The notes under the pieces were generated by a model. That model saw only the letters and a list, made by a program, of their open reading frames with translations, ran no database searches and was not told the DNA's origin. A stretch of 64,000 bases of DNA from Tubiluchus corallicola (lineage: Eukaryota > Animalia > Priapulida), in assembly GCA_030141605.1 (NCBI GenBank), contig JAQGDQ010000395.1, positions 150,997-214,996 of the forward strand, written 5' to 3'. A program made the translations under genes and the position numbers. Of the stretch, positions 62,786 to 64,000 are shown piece by piece (position 1 is the first letter of the stretch; each line of letters starts with the position of its first letter).

Positions 62786-62956
62786 TTTCATTTACGACTG
62801 CCATTGTTTCATTTACGACTGCCATTGTTTCGTTTACAACTGCCATTGTTTCATTTACGACTGCCATTGTTTCATTTACAACTGCCATTGTTTCATTTAC
62901 GACTGCCATTGTTTCATTTACGACTGCCATTGTTTCGTTCGCGACTGCCATTGTTT
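62786..62956. repeat. Minisatellite, 21-bp unit x8
   Basis: Unit TTTACGACTGCCATTGTTTCA. Confidence 0.95.
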
Positions 62957-63548
62957 AAATAAGCCCCGCCTTCTATACTTTATTGTGCAGAGAATGTCTG
63001 CTGCATTCGTAACAATAAAATATTATACAATTTTGCTAAAAAACGACAGAGGGCAATTGGAATGATGATGCTCAGCTTCCTCATCTCTTTCCGCTTATCA
63101 ATCAGCAAGTGTTGGTGGACGAGCGTGATGCCCCGCTTGCCGTTTGCCCAGTCAATCAAGCTTGATGGTGTTTGCCTCCATGTCATAATGAAAACATTCT
63201 CATTCAATCAATACTCGTTGCTCTCATGTGCCTTGCGATGACCAGATGAGCTCTCCATAATCAATGCCTTAGCCGGCCTTGTCAAGCCAGCTTCTTCGGG
63301 GGCAAAAAGTGGGGATCAGTATGGGTAGCGTGTCACGCAATTACACTCCAGCTTGAACTAAGCCTCCAGTTTCCCACAATAGCTGTATACGCCCGAGGAT
63401 AGGACTCAACTAGCAATTAGGACTACAAATGACGTTATGAAGTTTGTTTCTTTTGAGACACCACGGAGAAACACGTGCAAAAAACCGAATGTCGGTCTTT
63501 GAGCCTTCGCATCGACTTGGTGTTAGCATTACATTTCCCAGGCATTAA

Positions 63549-63712
63549 AGGAAAAGGCAACCCTTATTTAGACTTATTTCAATGTTGGCAGAAAATGTTA
63601 GAAGAATTTAGTAATAAAGTTGCGATCAACGCCTCGTGTAACCAGTAAGATCACTTTAAAGCCGCGATCACTTCATGCTTGGACGATCCCATTTTCAAAG
63701 CCCAGCTTCTTC
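63549..63712 (-). mobile_element. End of TTAA MITE family C
   Basis: TTAA|AGGAAAAGGCAACC...; reverse complement of 19310-19481. Confidence 0.6.
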
Positions 63713-63979
63713 TAATTATTATTATTAATTATTAAAAATATTTATTGAAAATGATATAATAAGCCCTCTATTTGCAGGGCACATAAGTACAAGAATGTTA
63801 AATAAATCTGTACATTATGTACATTAAATAAATTTTTACATTAAATTCTTCACGGTTACCAGTTTCATACTAAACAAGCTAACAATACTGCATTATGATT
63901 TATTAATTCTAAATACATGTCTAATATTTCCGAATAATATTTATACATGTTATACTTTATGTACAACTAGTATACAGAA

Positions 63980-64000
63980 AGAGAGCGAGAGAGAGAGAGA
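63980..64000. repeat. (GA)n microsatellite, runs off the window
   Basis: Directly visible. Confidence 0.85.

Overview
This is AT-rich, repeat-dense eukaryotic DNA, almost certainly animal and probably invertebrate; no host protein-coding gene was recognised. The only long coding sequence belongs to a young, full-length BEL/Pao LTR retrotransposon (39308-47380; LTRs about 99% identical, CTGAT TSD, one frameshift in gag). It is nested inside a TTAA-flanked piggyBac-like MITE, beside a solo LTR and a hAT deletion derivative. The rest is a 5S-rRNA-headed SINE, three RTE-clade LINE insertions with TSDs, several TTAA/TTA-flanked MITE families, older LINE tails, many minisatellites and (GAT)n-type microsatellites, which account for nearly all short ORFs in the track. 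Main finding: the BEL element has no tRNA-type PBS. The 18 nt directly after its 5' LTR are instead complementary to the exon-exon junction that would form by removing a GT-AG intron inside the LTR, and the duplex ends exactly at the LTR boundary. This suggests splicing-dependent self-priming of reverse transcription. All comparisons were made by eye; family names rest on recalled motifs, not database searches.
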